A stretch of 64,000 nt of DNA from Candidatus Nanopelagicales bacterium (GTDB taxonomy: Bacteria; Actinomycetota; Actinomycetes; S36-B12). Positions 47,554-57,129 of this stretch are shown one piece after another. A program made the position numbers and the translations under genes. How positions within the stretch are numbered: position 1 is the first letter of the stretch; each line of letters starts with the position of its first letter. Location of the stretch: contig JAIOXK010000002.1 of assembly GCA_021741645.1 (NCBI GenBank), forward strand, positions 23,982-87,981, written 5' to 3'. The notes beneath the pieces are model-generated. The model saw only the letters and a list, made by a program, of their open reading frames with translations. It did not search any database and was not told the DNA's origin.

Positions 47554-49397
47554 GCGCGCCGGGGTCGCCGAATCCGGGTGCGTTCGCCATCGAGAAGGCG
47601 GTCGTCATCATCGTTGCGACGGGGCTGGCACTGGTGGCCGCGATCCACGCCACCGGCTGGCTGCTCGCCTTCCTCACCGCACACCCCACCCCACGGTTCA
47701 CCCCTACCCGCGCCATCAGCGCCCTCGCCCTCGACCCATACGTGCCCGGCGTCCCCGTGGCCGTCCACGCCACAGCGCTGCTGCTCCTGGCCGCCGCCGT
47801 GACGTTGGCGATCGCGCGGGTGCAGCGGCACCGCCGCTACCGAACGACTGCACCGAAGCGTCGCGCTGCCAGCTTCGACACCCGCGACGGATGGGCCACC
47901 CGCGAGGCCGTCACCCGCGCCGCCTCACCGCGAGCACTCATGAGCCAGGCCGCCACTCTGCGCCCCACCCTGGCGAACCCGGCCCCGGACGATGTCGGCT
48001 ACTACCTCGGCACCTCCCGCGGGCAGGACGTGTGGGCGTCGGTGGAGCGCAGCATCCTGGTCGTCGGACCGCCCGGTTCCGGCAAGGGCCTGCACATCGC
48101 GATCAACGCGATCCTCGACGCCCCCGGCGCCGTCATCACCACGTCCACCAAGCCCGACAACATCAAGGCCACCCTCACCTCCCGCGCCGCGATCGGTCCG
48201 GTCGGGGTGTTCGACCCCCAGGGCATGCTCGGCGCCGGATTCGCCCACCAGGTGGCGTGGGATGCGATCGCCGGCTGCGAGGACCCCATCCGCGCCGCCA
48301 CCCGCGCCGAGGCACTCGCCGCGAACACTGGCATCACCGCCAGCGGGGAGAACGCCGTGTGGCGGGGGCACGCCAAGACGATCATCGAGACGGTCCTGCA
48401 CGCCGCCGCCCTCAACGGCAACGACATCGACACCGCCTACCGGTGGATGCAGTCCCCCCATGCCATGGACATCGCCCTGGCGATCCTCGAGAACCACCCT
48501 GACGCCTGCCTGACCTGGGACTCCCGTCTGCGGGGCCTCATCCACAACCCCGACCCGCGGTTTGTCGGGTCCGTGATGAGCGTCGTGTCCTCCGCCATCA
48601 CACCCTTGTCCCTGCCGACCGTCCGTGCAGCCCTCACCCCTACGCCAGAGCGGCCGGCGATCTCCGCGGAGTCCCTGCTGCGCGACCACGGCACGCTCTA
48701 CTGCCTGGCCACCGACCGCGGCGCCGCCGCCTCGGCCGGGTTCGTGTCCGCCCTCATCGAGGACGTCGCCTACACCGCCCGCGTCTCCGCTGCACGGTCC
48801 CCGGGGGGCCGGATGGACCCGCCCGTGCTGTTCCTGCTCGACGAGTGCGCGAACGTCGCCCCGATCCCGTCCCTGCCCAACCTGCTCGCCGACGGGCGCG
48901 GGCAGTCGCTGACGATCATGCCGATCTTCCAGACCCTCGCTCAGGTCCGCTCCCGCTACGGCGACGAGGACGCCTCCACCGTGTTCAGTGCCAGCCAGAT
49001 CAAGCTCATCCTCGGCGGCTCGGATGACGCCGAGGACTGTCGCGACATCTCCGGACTCATCGGCGAACGCGACGACTGGTACACCACCAGCAGCGGTTCC
49101 GCCCACGCCCTCGCCATCGACCCCGGCGCAACCACGTCCACGTCGCTGCGGAAGGTCCCGATCCTGCCCCCCGACGCGATCCGCGCGATCCCCTTCGGGT
49201 CCGCCGTCATGCTGCAATCACAGACCGACCCCTTCCCGCTGCGGATGCGACCGTGGACCGCCCGCCCCGACGCCGCCCGCATCACCGTGCAGCAACGCGA
49301 CATCGAGGACGCGATCCTGCACTCCGGCGGCACCGGCCTCGCCACACCATGGACGCCCCAGCCCGCATCGGACCTGCCGCTGCCGGACGCGCCATGA
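47550..49397 (+). CDS. VirD4/TraG-like type IV coupling protein
   Basis: N-terminal TMs, GPPGSGKG, TSTKPD, LDECANV, QTLAQ. Confidence 0.9.
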   Translation: MSAPGSPNPGAFAIEKAVVIIVATGLALVAAIHATGWLLAFLTAHPTPRFTPTRAISALALDPYVPGVPVAVHATALLLLAAAVTLAIARVQRHRRYRTTAPKRRAASFDTRDGWATREAVTRAASPRALMSQAATLRPTLANPAPDDVGYYLGTSRGQDVWASVERSILVVGPPGSGKGLHIAINAILDAPGAVITTSTKPDNIKATLTSRAAIGPVGVFDPQGMLGAGFAHQVAWDAIAGCEDPIRAATRAEALAANTGITASGENAVWRGHAKTIIETVLHAAALNGNDIDTAYRWMQSPHAMDIALAILENHPDACLTWDSRLRGLIHNPDPRFVGSVMSVVSSAITPLSLPTVRAALTPTPERPAISAESLLRDHGTLYCLATDRGAAASAGFVSALIEDVAYTARVSAARSPGGRMDPPVLFLLDECANVAPIPSLPNLLADGRGQSLTIMPIFQTLAQVRSRYGDEDASTVFSASQIKLILGGSDDAEDCRDISGLIGERDDWYTTSSGSAHALAIDPGATTSTSLRKVPILPPDAIRAIPFGSAVMLQSQTDPFPLRMRPWTARPDAARITVQQRDIEDAILHSGGTGLATPWTPQPASDLPLPDAP

Positions 49398-49573
49398 CCT
49401 GTCCGACCGGCAAGCGGATCTTCGACACCCGCGCCCAGGCCCGCGCGCTGCGCAAGCAGCACCCCGGCGCACCCCGACGTGCCTACTACTGCGACGCCTG
49501 CCACGGATGGCACCTCGGTCGCCTCACCCGACCGGTCAAGCACGGCGTTGCCCACAATCGGGATGCCACATGA
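49394..49573 (+). CDS. Small Cys/His (Zn-binding?) protein
   Basis: CPTGKRIF...AYYCDACHGWHL; ATGA-coupled at both ends. Confidence 0.65.
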   Translation: MTCPTGKRIFDTRAQARALRKQHPGAPRRAYYCDACHGWHLGRLTRPVKHGVAHNRDAT

Positions 49574-50355
49574 CCGGCGCCAGCGAGCTGCGCGCGGACG
49601 AACTACCGATCAACCCGAAGGATCAGCAACGGCTCGAGGCGATCCTCACCCGGATCGGCGCCGAGCACGACGACCGGCTCAACGCGCCCTGGCACCACCC
49701 CGGATCACCCTTGGCCATACCAGGGGGAGGCCCGCGCGGCGGCCTCGGCACCTCGGTCAACTGGCACGAGATGGAGGACGACGTCTTCGCCAGCACCTTC
49801 GGCGCACTGTGCACATTCCTGGAATGGGCCATCCCGCGCTGGAACTTCACCACCGAACAGTTCCCCCACCACTGCTGGTGGATGCACACCGACGTGTTCG
49901 AGGAGATCACCGCCTGGTGGGGACTGTGGCTGACCTACATCCTCAACCCCCACGCCGACATCGCCGACGCCGTGACGTTCCACGAACGCACCGACGCTCT
50001 CAAGGACCGCCTCGCGACCACCTACAGGGGACGCTGCCGCCATAAGCACGAACCTGCCCCCGACGCGCCCTTGGTCCAGGTCCCGGATCTCGCCAGCCTT
50101 GGACTACTCATAGCGTCGCCAAGCACATCATTGCTCGGCCTCAGGACCCTGACCTATTCACGTATCGATGACGGTGTCCCCGTCTCTGTGCTTGGGGTCG
50201 AGTCCTCCCGGGAGACATCTGCACACATCCAAGACTATTCAACCGCTCATTCGAGATTGAGCCCTTCGCCCGCAGGACAGTCATCGCACCATGAGACGTC
50301 ACCTGGTACCGATAACCTTCGAGGAGACCCAGCATTCATCGATTGCGAGGACTAA
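49570..50355 (+). CDS. DUF4913-like ICE protein; C-terminal ~80 aa probably read-through into inserted DNA
   Basis: CWWMH....EEITAWW..W; composition shifts after ~50090. Confidence 0.55.
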   Translation: MTGASELRADELPINPKDQQRLEAILTRIGAEHDDRLNAPWHHPGSPLAIPGGGPRGGLGTSVNWHEMEDDVFASTFGALCTFLEWAIPRWNFTTEQFPHHCWWMHTDVFEEITAWWGLWLTYILNPHADIADAVTFHERTDALKDRLATTYRGRCRHKHEPAPDAPLVQVPDLASLGLLIASPSTSLLGLRTLTYSRIDDGVPVSVLGVESSRETSAHIQDYSTAHSRLSPSPAGQSSHHETSPGTDNLRGDPAFIDCED

Positions 50356-51449
50356 TGCCGACGCCAGGCAAACCAGCGGAGCAACTGACTGGCCTACTCC
50401 TAGATGGCGATTGGACGGTAGGCGCAGTGCTGCCGCGGGGGCCTGGCGCCACTGGCGGAAACTTCTCTGTTGGATACTCCGTGGAGCGGGTCGGACCAGG
50501 TGGGATCTCACAGCGTGGATTTCTCAAGGCGATGGACTTGACCTCGGCTCTCGCAATGCCGGGATCCTTCATCGACAACTTGAACACGGCAACGAGCCTG
50601 TATAAGCACGAACGAGACCTCGTCGTTCACTGCACGAGCAATCGATTCGACAACGTCGTCGTCAGTTTGGCAGCAGGTGAAGTTGCCGTTCCGCCGGCTC
50701 TCATCGAGCCGCAGTTCGCTGGCTTCGGCGAGGTGCCGTACATCATCTTCGAAGAAGCATCGAGCGGTGACGCTCGGAATGCCCTGAAGAACGGTCTCGT
50801 CGTCGCAGATACCTCCTGGGCGTTGCGAATGCTGCACGGTACGGCCAATGGGCTTCGGCAGTTGCATGCGGCAGGCATTTCACACCAGGACATCAAGCCG
50901 TCCAACGTCATGGTGTTCGACCACACGTCGAAAGTCGGGGACCTTGGCAGGGCATCATTCGGAGGTGGCAGAGGCCCGTTCGACGCAGAGCCGATCGCAG
51001 GCGACCGAACCTACGCACCACCGGAACTGCGCTATGAATTCCTACTGCAGGATGACCGCGCACGTCGCCGTTCCGCCGACATTTATCAACTCGGAAGCCT
51101 CGTAGCATTCTTCTTTGCCGACTCTGCCCTCTCTGCGTTGATTGACTCTGAACTTGACCCCGTCTTCCATTGGTCTCGATGGCCGCAGGACTACCTGAGT
51201 GCGTTGCCCTACGTGCGTCAAGCATTCGACCAGGCAATGATCGGGGTAGCACCGAAATTGCCCGAGTTCTGCAGGAAGGAACTGCTGCAGATCGTTAGGG
51301 AACTATGCGACCCAGATCCGAGACTGCGGGGAAATCCCAGATCCGGAGTAGGCACGCAGCGCTACGAGTTAAGTCGATACGTCTCCGTATTTGATCGCCT
51401 TGCCGTTCGAGCCGAATACACGGTTAAGAAGGCACTGGCGGCCCCCTGA
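50355..51449 (+). CDS. Ser/Thr protein kinase (Hanks type)
   Basis: GGNFSVGY, FLKA, HQDIKPSN, GDLG, TYAPPE, DIYQLG. Confidence 0.9.
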   Translation: MPTPGKPAEQLTGLLLDGDWTVGAVLPRGPGATGGNFSVGYSVERVGPGGISQRGFLKAMDLTSALAMPGSFIDNLNTATSLYKHERDLVVHCTSNRFDNVVVSLAAGEVAVPPALIEPQFAGFGEVPYIIFEEASSGDARNALKNGLVVADTSWALRMLHGTANGLRQLHAAGISHQDIKPSNVMVFDHTSKVGDLGRASFGGGRGPFDAEPIAGDRTYAPPELRYEFLLQDDRARRRSADIYQLGSLVAFFFADSALSALIDSELDPVFHWSRWPQDYLSALPYVRQAFDQAMIGVAPKLPEFCRKELLQIVRELCDPDPRLRGNPRSGVGTQRYELSRYVSVFDRLAVRAEYTVKKALAAP

Positions 51450-52975
51450 TGCAATTGGAGGATCGAGACCGTCACGTCGTTCCCCGATGGCGGAGCGTGC
51501 GCCGAACCATCACGGCCGGGGAGTTTCAGGTTCTGTCAATGCCCAAGGCGCTTGACGTTCGTCACCTCGAAGAGTTGCAGAGATTCGCGCAGTTGTGGGA
51601 AGCAAGTCCGCGACGCGAGACGGCGGTTGACCTCCTTGGCGCCGCCGTTGTTGCAGGTCGTCATGACTTGACTGTGTCACCCGCGAGCTACTTGGTCGAA
51701 GTAGCTACGGATGGGCCGATAGGGCTCATGGCAACGCGCGCCTTGGCAACTCGTGATTCGCCAGACGTGACAGACGACAGGGAGCGTGAACTCGATCCCG
51801 ACACTCTCGAGCCAGATCAGATCCGCGAGTGGATTGGACGGCAGAAGGACCGGCTCGCAGACGATCCCCGGAACGCCTTGGCGTGGGCGAGTCTCGCCCG
51901 GCGTTACGTCGCTCTAGGCCAGAACTGGAAGGCCGACTACGCACTAACCATTGCGACAAGCCTTGCTCCTAGAAGCCGCTATATCTTGCGGGTTTTCACT
52001 CGCTTCTGCGTGCATATTGGGGAACCACAACGAGCAATACGACTCCTTGAGGACTCTGGGCGAGTTCAGAGCGATCCGCTCATCCACGCCGCCTACCTCT
52101 CAGCAATCGGTGCTGGGTCGGCTCGCGTTCCGAGCCTGCGCCCGGCGCGCCAACTGCTTGACAATGACGCATTCAAACCGATCGAGCGATCCGACCTTGC
52201 CAGCGAAGTCGGTACGCTCGAACTCGCTGCCGGTGCTGACCGCCGCACCCGCAAACTATTCGAACGCAGTCTTGCCAGTCCAACCGACAATAGCCTCGCC
52301 CAGGCGGAGTGGGCTTCGCACAGGGTGTTGAGCCTGGAGGTGCCGCTGGCCCAGACCAAGGTCCCCTTCGCTGCCGAGGCTCAGGCTCAAGCGGCCTTTC
52401 AGCAGGGTGATTGGGAGTCAGCGCTGCTGAACGCCAAGACATGGCAACAGGATCAGCCGTTCGACACGTCAGCGGCCTTTCTAGGGACCATCGTGGCGCT
52501 TGTGGGCCTCGAGCGCTGGCACGATGGCTTGGAGTTCTGCCGAGTGGGGCTGCGCACACATCCCGGACATCCGATGTTGCTCAATGACCTGGCGTACGCC
52601 CTCATCGAGCTTGGTCAACTTGAGGAGGCGACGAAGGCGCTTGACGAAGTTGGCGAACCCACGGGCACTGAACCCACGGACATCGCTGTACGTGCGACGA
52701 GAGGCCTACTGGCATTCCGCAGAGGTGATGTCGAAGAAGGGCGCAGGCGCTACTTGGATGCAGTATCGGCTTCGCAGACTGCATCGAATCGCGACTACGA
52801 AGCGATGGCCCTTGCGATGCTGCTCCGTGAAGAGTGTCGTCTCGCAGCCCCGGACCGGATCAAGATGCTGGCCGCGAGCATCGCGGCGGTGAGCCCTTAC
52901 GTGAGCAACCTTGCGGTCCGCACTTGCGTCACGCGGGCCCTTGGTCTCGCCGATGCGGCACTCTCGGACAAATAG
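51449..52975 (+). CDS. Tetratricopeptide-repeat protein
   Basis: DPRNALAWASLAR.Y..LGQ, HPMLLNDLAYALIELGQLEEA; TGATG coupling to the kinase. Confidence 0.8.
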   Translation: MQLEDRDRHVVPRWRSVRRTITAGEFQVLSMPKALDVRHLEELQRFAQLWEASPRRETAVDLLGAAVVAGRHDLTVSPASYLVEVATDGPIGLMATRALATRDSPDVTDDRERELDPDTLEPDQIREWIGRQKDRLADDPRNALAWASLARRYVALGQNWKADYALTIATSLAPRSRYILRVFTRFCVHIGEPQRAIRLLEDSGRVQSDPLIHAAYLSAIGAGSARVPSLRPARQLLDNDAFKPIERSDLASEVGTLELAAGADRRTRKLFERSLASPTDNSLAQAEWASHRVLSLEVPLAQTKVPFAAEAQAQAAFQQGDWESALLNAKTWQQDQPFDTSAAFLGTIVALVGLERWHDGLEFCRVGLRTHPGHPMLLNDLAYALIELGQLEEATKALDEVGEPTGTEPTDIAVRATRGLLAFRRGDVEEGRRRYLDAVSASQTASNRDYEAMALAMLLREECRLAAPDRIKMLAASIAAVSPYVSNLAVRTCVTRALGLADAALSDK

Positions 52976-53093
52976 GCACTCGATCCCGCGAAGCGTCCAC
53001 CACTCTGTCCATTCCCTATCCAGCAGGTTGCTTCGTCAACAAGGGCATGAGTGAGCAAGGCGAACCCGCGCGGAGGTTCGCGTCCATCCGACG

Positions 53094-56000
53094 TCAGTTC
53101 GCCAGCGAGGCGATACGTTCGATCGCCTTAGTGCGGCTCCTGACACCAGTGGGCAGGGGTGTTCCACTGACTTCATGTGCAGTTCGGGCGTCGGTGAACC
53201 CCGCGGACTCCAGCCGCTCCCCGATGATGGACAGCACCGCATCGCGAATGCCGTCGGGATCGAGTTTGAGCAAGTTCTCGAGTTGCGCGCCGTCGGCGAT
53301 GTCGCACACGTTGACGACGGCGAAGGACTCGTTCTGGCTGCGGGTAAACGCGACGTAGGTGCTGGACAGATCGCGGTCGGCACCGAGGTCGATGGTCAGG
53401 GACCTCACCGTCTGGCCTTGGAGTTTGTGGGTCGTGGTGGCGTAGCCGTGACGGCTGTGGGTGACGGCCTGCTCGACCGTGATTCGATCCTCATGCTGGC
53501 CGTCGGCGTCCCAGTAGGTCAGGTGCACGCCGTCGACGCTGGCGGCAGTGACGAGGGCACGGGTGCCGTTTGTGAGGTCACGCTGCTGGCCGTGTCGTCT
53601 GATGTTGCGGGTGATCTGGATGTGGTCGCCGACGGCGTAGGTGCGCTCGTTTCCGGCGTGCTTGTAGGCCACGTCCTGACCGGTGAGCCATCCGCGTTCG
53701 CGGGCCCAGTGGCGGGCGAGATGATTGAGGACGTCGACCTGGTCGTTGCGTGCGGCCTCGAGTCCGGTCAGGCGCATCCGATCACCCGGACTGCCGAAGG
53801 CGGCGGCCTGGGTCAGCCAAGATTCGATGAGGAGCCGGTTCTTGTCGACTTCGCTTCTGGCCACCTCGAACTGTCCGGCGCCGACCAGGATCTGCAGGGC
53901 GTCGTGGGCGTTTCCGTCGCGCAGGAGGGCGGCGCACTCGCGGCCGATAGCGGTCTTCTGGCGCATGTTCTCGGTCAGTTCCGCGCCGCCGCGGGTCTCT
54001 CGCATCCACCCGAACAGGGAGCTCGGGCCGATGGCTTGGAGTTGCTTGCGGTCTCCAACCAGGGTGACGGACACGTCCTCAGCGATGGCCCAGGCGAGGA
54101 TCCGCGCCTCCTCCGGTGCGGCGAGCATGGAGGCTTCGTCGACGATGAGGTGGTCGATGTGGGGGAGTTCGAAGGTCGCTCGGATGGCCTGTGCCCGCTG
54201 CTGGTCGCGTCGGCGTCCGCTGCGTTCGAGCTGGTCGACACGCAGGCGGGCGGGGTGGTGGTCGTCGGTCGCGTAGTCGATGCGGGCCAGGAGTCGGGCG
54301 ACAGTACTGCCGTCGATGTGGGCGGCGTCCTTGAGTCCCTGGGTGGCGATCGCCGCTGTGGACACTCCGTAGACGGTCATGCCGCGACGCCCGAGGGCGT
54401 AGGAGACGGCGTCCATCGCGGTCGTCTTGCCGCTTCCGGCGGACCCCACCACGGTGCCGATGACGTCGCGGCCGGTGGTCATCTGTCGGTAGAGGGCCAA
54501 CTGCCCGGGGCTGAGGCTATGCCCGGAGCCGACGCTCCCGGAGTGCTCGAGCCACTCCGAAAGGAGACGGTCGGCGTCGACGGGGTGGAGGCGGTGGGTA
54601 TTCGCGTCGAAGCCGGCGGTGAATGCGTTGACGACGCGCTTCTCGGCTTCCAGGACGCGGATGGAGGCGTATTCGGCCGCCCCGATGCGGCCCCGGCGGC
54701 TGGGTTGGTCGGTCGCGGCGCCGGGCAGGAACGCCGTCAACTTGACCGTCTCGACGGTGCGCTGCACGGCGGCGTCGCTCCAGGTGTGGGGGGCGAAGGC
54801 GCGGACGGCGGCCTCGATCTGGACGTCGAGGGCGAACGACTGGCGCTCGCAGACGTACTCGTCGATGGCCACGGCCCAGGTGGCGTCATCCCAGTTCTCG
54901 GGCTGCGAATACGCCTGGTGCCGCGCGGCGGTGAAAGCGGTCGCGAGATCGATGTCGTCCTCGTCGGCTCGGCCATGCATGCGGGCGCGGATGTCGGCCC
55001 AGGTTCGGGTCTGGTCCTCCTTGGAGGCGGTGACCGAGCGCTTCGCGCGGCCGTCCAGGACTCGGCGCCGGCTGCGAGTGATGGCGTCCGCATCCCCCTC
55101 AAGGAGGGCGTCGAGTTCGTCCTGCACGTCGACGTTGCCCTGGGAGTACAGGGCGCGCACGATCGGGTCGCTGCCGGCCACTTCGTACTGCTGGTTGACG
55201 GTGTCGAACTCCCAGCCGGGGACGAGGCCGCGGTCCACGGACAGGGCACGCAGGTGCCGTTCGTACTCGGCCTGGAACCAGGGTGCGTGGTTGATGAGGT
55301 CCCGCCCGCCGTTGGCGATGCCGCGTTCGGCTCCGTCGCTGCACACGATGCGGTTGGGGAACATGACGTGACCGTGAAGGTGCGGGTCCAAGGACCGGGA
55401 GTAGGACTCCACACTGACGGTGGCGGCGTACCCGTCGCCGTCGATGAGTTCGGCGCTCTGGCCGTCTCCCTCGTGCCCGGTGCGGGCGTTGCCGACTCGG
55501 CCCATCAGCCCATCCGTGGCGGCGACCGTTGCGTCATGCACGAGGTCGAGCCACTGCTCTCGGGTCTCCTCATCGCCCAGGAACGCAGCGACGCTAAGCG
55601 ATTTGGGGCAGGTCAGGGTCTGCTCATATCCGGCGTTCCCGTACGGGACAAGCCGCTCGTAGTCCTTCGCGACCGCTTCGTGCACCACCATCCCGAGGCC
55701 GCGGTCGGGCAGGGACAGGTCGAGTGGATCGCCGGGGAGGTTCTCGATCCCTGCGACAGCAAGGCGGCGGTAATGAGCGCCGAGGCGGGTCAGGATGCGG
55801 GCACGATCGAACCGCACGAGGGGCCGTGCGTGCCTGACACCGCGCGTTGACGGTCCGCGGTCGTGCAGTTCCCACGCGGTCTCGTTTCCGCGGAGCAGGG
55901 CTTCGGCGGTGCGGAACACGACCGTGCCCCCGGGCAATCTGGCGGCAGTCTTGGCCAGGGACCGCCACCGAGCCGCGCTGCCCATGCCGCGATACAGGTC

Positions 56001-56396
56001 GGCCGGGTCCACGCCCGCGTTTGCGCAGGCCTCCGTCATCTCGGTGAAGTAGGGAGCAGCAGCGATCTGGGCGTGCGGATTGTGTCGGGCCTTGACCGCG
56101 ATTCGCTCCCCGGTTGCGCGGTCGATGCCGAACATCGCATCGCGAACGACCTGCCCATCCGAGGCCCGCAACACCTCTCCTGGGCGGTACTCCAGGCGCT
56201 GGGAGGTGGCCCCGGACCCGAGGAACCAGACGCGTCGGGAGTCCACCGCACCGGCGCCGAGCCGGTAGTCCACCTGCCGTTCCTGGGCCAGGCGGGAGGC
56301 CGACTTCTCGGGCGTCGCACCGGACAGTCGGTACCCGACTTGGGCGGCCAAACCGGTGCCGTGCTTGAGCACTTGGACGTGCCCGCTACGCGCCAC
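53094..56396 (-). CDS. MobF (TrwC-like) relaxase fused to an SF1/RecD-like helicase
   Basis: VDYRL, PKSLS, DPHLHGH (HUH), GSAGSGKTT, VDEASM, GDRKQL, YATTTHKLQGQT. Confidence 0.92.
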   Translation of the reverse strand: MARSGHVQVLKHGTGLAAQVGYRLSGATPEKSASRLAQERQVDYRLGAGAVDSRRVWFLGSGATSQRLEYRPGEVLRASDGQVVRDAMFGIDRATGERIAVKARHNPHAQIAAAPYFTEMTEACANAGVDPADLYRGMGSAARWRSLAKTAARLPGGTVVFRTAEALLRGNETAWELHDRGPSTRGVRHARPLVRFDRARILTRLGAHYRRLAVAGIENLPGDPLDLSLPDRGLGMVVHEAVAKDYERLVPYGNAGYEQTLTCPKSLSVAAFLGDEETREQWLDLVHDATVAATDGLMGRVGNARTGHEGDGQSAELIDGDGYAATVSVESYSRSLDPHLHGHVMFPNRIVCSDGAERGIANGGRDLINHAPWFQAEYERHLRALSVDRGLVPGWEFDTVNQQYEVAGSDPIVRALYSQGNVDVQDELDALLEGDADAITRSRRRVLDGRAKRSVTASKEDQTRTWADIRARMHGRADEDDIDLATAFTAARHQAYSQPENWDDATWAVAIDEYVCERQSFALDVQIEAAVRAFAPHTWSDAAVQRTVETVKLTAFLPGAATDQPSRRGRIGAAEYASIRVLEAEKRVVNAFTAGFDANTHRLHPVDADRLLSEWLEHSGSVGSGHSLSPGQLALYRQMTTGRDVIGTVVGSAGSGKTTAMDAVSYALGRRGMTVYGVSTAAIATQGLKDAAHIDGSTVARLLARIDYATDDHHPARLRVDQLERSGRRRDQQRAQAIRATFELPHIDHLIVDEASMLAAPEEARILAWAIAEDVSVTLVGDRKQLQAIGPSSLFGWMRETRGGAELTENMRQKTAIGRECAALLRDGNAHDALQILVGAGQFEVARSEVDKNRLLIESWLTQAAAFGSPGDRMRLTGLEAARNDQVDVLNHLARHWARERGWLTGQDVAYKHAGNERTYAVGDHIQITRNIRRHGQQRDLTNGTRALVTAASVDGVHLTYWDADGQHEDRITVEQAVTHSRHGYATTTHKLQGQTVRSLTIDLGADRDLSSTYVAFTRSQNESFAVVNVCDIADGAQLENLLKLDPDGIRDAVLSIIGERLESAGFTDARTAHEVSGTPLPTGVRSRTKAIERIASLAN

Positions 56397-56574
56397 AACG
56401 CACCACCGCAGTGGCAGAACCCGCGCCAGAACTCCCGGCTCGCGCAGTCCGAGTGTGCCGGCCAGCGGCGGCGCGCACCATCGTGATGCCAGCCCGGTTG
56501 GTGTTTCGGCTTGTCCGGTTCGTGATCGGGTTCCGATTCGCGGTCGTGTCGAGCTCGGTTCGGGTGGTGGTCAT
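56386..56574 (-). CDS. Small hypothetical protein upstream of the relaxase
   Basis: GAGGAG RBS; overlaps the relaxase start. Confidence 0.4.
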   Translation of the reverse strand: MTTTRTELDTTANRNPITNRTSRNTNRAGITMVRAAAGRHTRTARAGSSGAGSATAVVRCGA

Positions 56575-56694
56575 CTTGGTCTCCTCGTCACTGGTGGTGG
56601 ATCAGGTGGTCGTCGTGGTCATCGGTCGCTCGCGTGGCTGAGCGTCGATCAGGGGGCTCGAGGGTCGTGCCGACGCTGCCACCGGATCGGGCCT

Positions 56695-56806
56695 CCTGAC
56701 CTGTCAACGGTGTCGGGGCCTCGGTGCCTCGCATCCGGGCGCGTCGCGTGCGCTCGACGGCCCCGGAGGCGAGGCACCGAGCGTGCTCACACCGTTGACC
56801 GTGTAG
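56695..56806. promoter_or_regulatory. Divergent pair of ICE motifs (near-copy of 35722-35830); candidate oriT region
   Basis: Minus CCCGGATGCGAGGCACCGAGGCCCCGACACCGTTGACAGGTCAG; plus CCCGGAGGCGAGGCACCGAGCGTGCTCACACCGTTGACCGTGTAG. Confidence 0.75.
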
Positions 56807-56850
56807 GAGGTCGCAACCGTGACGGCCTCACCGGCAGGACGGAGTCCGTG

Positions 56851-57129
56851 GTGGGCAACGCGTTCCTCGAAGCGTCGGCCGACGCGGCAACTCAGCTGCA
56901 GACCGCGCAGCGCAAGCACGCGTCACTCAGGGCCAAGGCCGATGCGCGGCTGCGGACCGCACAGGACCGTCACCGCATCGAAGTCGCCGACGCGGCCTTG
57001 GTCGAGGCCGCCGGCTGGCGGCTGCTGCTCGAGGTGCCCGGGATGACCGTCAGCACCGCCGCCCGCATCGGTGGGACAAGTGAGTCCACCGTCAGCCGGT
57101 GGCTGGCGCGCGCCAAGGACCCCTCATGA
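56851..57129 (+). CDS. Small coiled-coil + HTH protein
   Basis: GGAG RBS; MTVSTAARIGGTSESTVSRWL HTH. Confidence 0.65.
   Translation: MGNAFLEASADAATQLQTAQRKHASLRAKADARLRTAQDRHRIEVADAALVEAAGWRLLLEVPGMTVSTAARIGGTSESTVSRWLARAKDPS

Noticed and set aside
53175..55850. 891-aa plus-strand ORF
   Set aside because: Antisense shadow of the relaxase; no motifs.
35722..56806. CRISPR or guide-RNA array made of the CACCGTTGAC motif
   Set aside because: Copies are 0.7-14 kb apart, sit upstream of genes and have no cas genes nearby.
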